DNA from: Candidatus Poribacteria bacterium
GTDB taxonomy: Bacteria; Poribacteria; WGA-4E; PCPOR2b
Direction of reading: 5' to 3'
Assembly (NCBI GenBank): GCA_965198175.1
Contig: OZ240245.1
Coordinates: 544,001 to 608,000 of the forward strand
Length of the DNA: 64,000 bases
Part shown: positions 60,886 to 64,000 of the stretch, piece by piece
How the letters are laid out: the number at the start of each line of letters is the position of its first letter
Numbering within the stretch: position 1 is the stretch's first letter
Made by a program: the position numbers and the translations under genes
Notes under the pieces: generated by a model
Seen by the model: the letters and a program-made list of their open reading frames with translations, nothing else
What the model was told of the DNA's origin: nothing
Database searches by the model: none

Positions 60886-62625
60886 CTACTTGACAATCGC
60901 CATCCGCTGGTACGCGACATAATCCCCCGCCCGGAATCGATAGAAATAGACGCCGCTTGAGATCAGCTCTCCTGTCTCAGATCGTCCGTCCCAATAAGCT
61001 GCCTTCGCTTGGTTGGTGTATAGTCCCGCAGGCTGATGCCCGATATTTAATTCGCGCACCACCACGCCTTTTGTGTCATAAATGGTAAGCGTCACATCGG
61101 CGTCGTGGGCGAGGTGATACGGAATCCATGTCTCTGGATTGAACGGATTCGGGAAGTTTGCAAATAGCTTTGTCTCTAACACGGTTGGGGGAGTCTTTGT
61201 AAGATACGATCGCAAATAGTCCGTGACAAGCCGGATGATGGGAGATTGGTCCGGATACGATTCCAACTTAGAAATTGCCTGCTGAATACGCGTGGTATGA
61301 ACCTTCGCGTTGACGATTGACAATCGACGATTATTGATTATTGGTTGCCGGTTCAGTGGAGCGGCGGAAACGTCTTCTCCAAATCGCTTGGCGACGAGAA
61401 CTAGATCAAAGATGTCGATGACGCCATCCGCATTGACATCGCCTTCGACTCCAACCCCTGTCTCACTGAAATTGCTGGCGACGAGAACCAAATCAGTGAC
61501 ATCCACGACGCCATCATTGTTCACATCAAATGGGGGCGGCTCAACCGGTTGAATCTGCGCGACTGCAACGAAAGATGCGCCAGCGCCAACACGATATACT
61601 CTGTCAAGGGTTTCATTTGGCGCCATGACACGCAGCTCATCCAGTCTTGCGCCGGTCCAATCTGGGACAGCGACATATACATTATCATTCCAATCAACCG
61701 CTAACCCTGAACCTCCAGCGAAATCCACAAGTGCATCGTTTCGATCATGTATCCATTTTTCTCTCACGAGGTCGTAAACCATCAATCCCCTATTTGTGAG
61801 GAAACCGTCGCTTATAAAGACGTGTTTCATACTATTTATGACGAGCGAGAAGGCTGGTGTTGTTCTAAGCTTAACAATCTTTTCAACTTCATCACGAATC
61901 GCGTCAATAATTACAAGGTTGCCCAAGCGGGTAACAAAATCCCCTGCCGAGATCACGAGGACCTTAGACTCGCCATCGTCCGTAATGCCTGTTGCGTTCG
62001 TCGGCACATCAATCGCCTTTAAGACTGTATCTGTGCGTGTATCAATCACCGTAACACTGCTATCCTCGTAAGTGACCTGAAAAGAGATTGCATCTACAAC
62101 AAACGCCGAGTTTGTCACATAAGCCTTGTCATTAATGACCGTTATCCCCGTGGGTTTTAAGCCGCCGGGGATGGTGTTAATAACGCTTCGCCCCTTTACA
62201 TCCACCACTCTGATGTCATTCGTCCCATTACACGTGACATACGCTTTGGAATCGCTGACGAATGCGATTTGCTGTGGCAAGGCACCATCCCCAATCGGAA
62301 TCGTTCCGAGACTGACTCTATTCCTCAGATCGACAATCTGCACATTATTGCTGAACGTGTTGACGACATATCCCAAATCGTCTTGAATCTCAACGTCGCT
62401 TGGAACCGATCCGATCGGAATAATTTCATTCTCGACAGCTTGTTCGACGTCCGGCTCATCGAGGTCGACAATGGAGAGGGAGGTGGAAATTCCAAGATCC
62501 GGGTTTGCCAAGACGTTAACGACAACCGCTAAATTTTGAACCTCAATTGCGGCTGAAGCCGTAACTGTAACAAGCATCACTGCTGTGGCGACGAATATTA
62601 ACGCATGTTGGAGTCTGTTCTTCAT
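60886..62625 (-). CDS. Secreted YncE/YVTN beta-propeller-dockerin-FlgD-like tail protein (BtuG-like candidate)
   Basis: YVVNTFSNNV, KAYVT, VTVIDT repeats; FDVNNDGVVDVTDLVLV dockerin; NFPNPFNPETWIPY tail; downstream of a B12 riboswitch. Confidence 0.85.
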   Translation of the reverse strand: MKNRLQHALIFVATAVMLVTVTASAAIEVQNLAVVVNVLANPDLGISTSLSIVDLDEPDVEQAVENEIIPIGSVPSDVEIQDDLGYVVNTFSNNVQIVDLRNRVSLGTIPIGDGALPQQIAFVSDSKAYVTCNGTNDIRVVDVKGRSVINTIPGGLKPTGITVINDKAYVTNSAFVVDAISFQVTYEDSSVTVIDTRTDTVLKAIDVPTNATGITDDGESKVLVISAGDFVTRLGNLVIIDAIRDEVEKIVKLRTTPAFSLVINSMKHVFISDGFLTNRGLMVYDLVREKWIHDRNDALVDFAGGSGLAVDWNDNVYVAVPDWTGARLDELRVMAPNETLDRVYRVGAGASFVAVAQIQPVEPPPFDVNNDGVVDVTDLVLVASNFSETGVGVEGDVNADGVIDIFDLVLVAKRFGEDVSAAPLNRQPIINNRRLSIVNAKVHTTRIQQAISKLESYPDQSPIIRLVTDYLRSYLTKTPPTVLETKLFANFPNPFNPETWIPYHLAHDADVTLTIYDTKGVVVRELNIGHQPAGLYTNQAKAAYWDGRSETGELISSGVYFYRFRAGDYVAYQRMAIVK

Positions 62626-62711
62626 AGATTTGACTGTCCTTTCTTTATGTGGAAAATACCGTTTGACGTGCGGAAGGACTGTTCACGAAAACAGTGTTTT
62701 CAGACTCCAGA

Positions 62712-62748
62712 AACAAAAAACCCCAGCCTTCATATAGAAAACTGGGGT
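62712..62748 (-). terminator. Leader terminator (riboswitch expression platform)
   Basis: ACCCCAG...CTGGGGTTTTTTGTTT between the aptamer and the start codon. Confidence 0.75.
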
Positions 62749-62839
62749 ACAGTTCGTTCTTCCTACGCCGCCGCTTCGGCAACAGGAACACAAACCCTGG
62801 TTCACAGCCTTCCCGCGAAAACTCTGTGTGAAACTCGCT

Positions 62840-63015
62840 TCAGGCAGGTCTCTTGACTAGCGACGCCCCGTGTCCGCCTTCCCATCTCAACGTGCTGGGA
62901 CAGTGGCGTTATGGACACGATTACTCGTCGTTCACAGTGGCGGGGCCGTGGCGGATTCTCACCGCACTTCCCTATTCTCCGCAATCGTAAACGATTGCTG
63001 GCACCTGAATCGAAA
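62840..63015 (-). ncRNA. Cobalamin riboswitch
   Basis: Minus strand shows AGGTGC, AGGGAAGTGCGGTGAGAATCCGCCACGGCCCCGCCACTGT, GGGAAGG and B12 box AGTCAAGAGACCTGCC. Confidence 0.93.
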
Positions 63016-63063
63016 AAAATATGCAGTTTTAGGTTGGTTCTTCGATGCTACTCAACAAAATCA

Positions 63064-63092
63064 ATATTAACAGATAACTGTCGGCTTGTCAA
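63064..63092 (-). promoter_or_regulatory. sigma70 promoter of the riboswitch transcript
   Basis: TTGACA-17 bp-TAATAT on the minus strand. Confidence 0.65.
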
Positions 63093-63272
63093 GAAAAAAA
63101 GTAATTGAGTGATGGCCCTTATCGCCGAAAGATTGAAAGGGCGAATTCCATTTACATCCGCCCTGTTCTTGGTCTATAATTATGGTATAATACCGAAGTT
63201 CGTGGCGTTTTAGAGCGGTTATAGGCGGATGGGGCTTTCTCACTGTTTTTTTTATTCATAAGGAGAATCACA

Positions 63273-63656
63273 ATGGCACATACATTCGATCACGTTCACT
63301 TTCGTTGTAATGACCTCGAATCCACCGTTGACTATTATGTCAAGGTGCTTGGTGGCACGATTATCGCTCGGGTCGAAGTCAAAGGTCGGCCGATTGTTCA
63401 GGTTGAAGTAGGTGGACAGAGACTATTCTTCTCCCCCAAACTGGAAGGGGAGGAAGTTGAACCGAACAGCGGAAAACTGCGGTGGGGAGTCTACCAAGTC
63501 GCGTTTGCCGTTGAGGACATGAATGCTGCTGTTAAGGAGTTGACAGCACGGGGCGCTGAGTTTGAAGGCGATCCAATTGTCGTCAACCCGTCGTTCACGA
63601 TTGCCTTCATTAAGGGCCCTGACGGCGTGCAGATCGAACTTCTTCAGCGCTCCTAA
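63273..63656 (+). CDS. VOC/glyoxalase family protein
   Basis: FDHVHF..DL....YY..LG, VAFAVED, FIKGPDGVQIEL. Confidence 0.9.
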   Translation: MAHTFDHVHFRCNDLESTVDYYVKVLGGTIIARVEVKGRPIVQVEVGGQRLFFSPKLEGEEVEPNSGKLRWGVYQVAFAVEDMNAAVKELTARGAEFEGDPIVVNPSFTIAFIKGPDGVQIELLQRS

Positions 63657-63704
63657 GGTTTGCAGTTCCTAATCGTGAAATTCCGTCCGATACAGGAATG
63701 AGAT

Positions 63705-64000
63705 GTGAAGTTCAGTGAGCTTTTCTATACAATTCAAGGCGAGGGCAAACTTATTGGGGCGCCGTCTGTATTTTTCCGGACGAGCTATTGTAATCTGAGG
63801 TGTGTCTGGTGCGATACGCCCTATACATCGTGGAATCCGGAGAACAAGGATATATCCATTCCCGAAGCGGTGGCGGCAATCACCCGATACGGTTGCAAGC
63901 ATGTTGTTATCACGGGCGGCGAGCCGTTTATCCAAGCCAAGGCGTTAATGGATTTATGTCAAACACTCGACAGCCAGGGACATCATATCACCATCGAAAC
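63705..64000 (+). CDS. queE: 7-carboxy-7-deazaguanine synthase (radical SAM), 3' truncated by window edge
   Basis: Not in the ORF track. GTG start gives KFSELFYTIQGEG..G.PSVFFR...CNLRCVWCDT...VVITGGEP...ITIET. Confidence 0.92.
   Translation, partial: MKFSELFYTIQGEGKLIGAPSVFFRTSYCNLRCVWCDTPYTSWNPENKDISIPEAVAAITRYGCKHVVITGGEPFIQAKALMDLCQTLDSQGHHITIE

Overview
Bacterial chromosomal window. Protein signatures suggest a Candidatus Poribacteria-like organism; this is inference, from the C-terminal 'VEPQGKLA.TW..K' motif, the WD40-cohesin-dockerin-'NYPNPFNPETWIPY' proteins and a DUF6785/6784-like membrane protein. The left part is housekeeping and metabolic: dnaG-rpoD-tRNA-Ile2(CAT)-tRNA-Val(CAC), oxidoreductases, M16C and S9 peptidases, an ABC exporter, an ECF sigma/anti-sigma pair, and a five-member family of secreted proteins with a shared domain. 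The most striking region is 30-55 kb, a minus-strand array of secreted WD40 beta-propeller genes. Four of them have exactly 1+13 WD40 units that are near-identical in DNA but vary at two surface patches. Units are shared and reordered between genes, the constant C-terminal tail is a mosaic of two alleles, and leader and intergenic modules are shared. This is consistent with a recombination-diversified surface receptor/adhesin repertoire. The region also holds an IS701-type element inserted in an RBS, a fused and probably inactive IS3, several gene remnants, a secreted caspase-like protein, and a cobalamin riboswitch ahead of a YncE/BtuG-like propeller. The window ends in queE.
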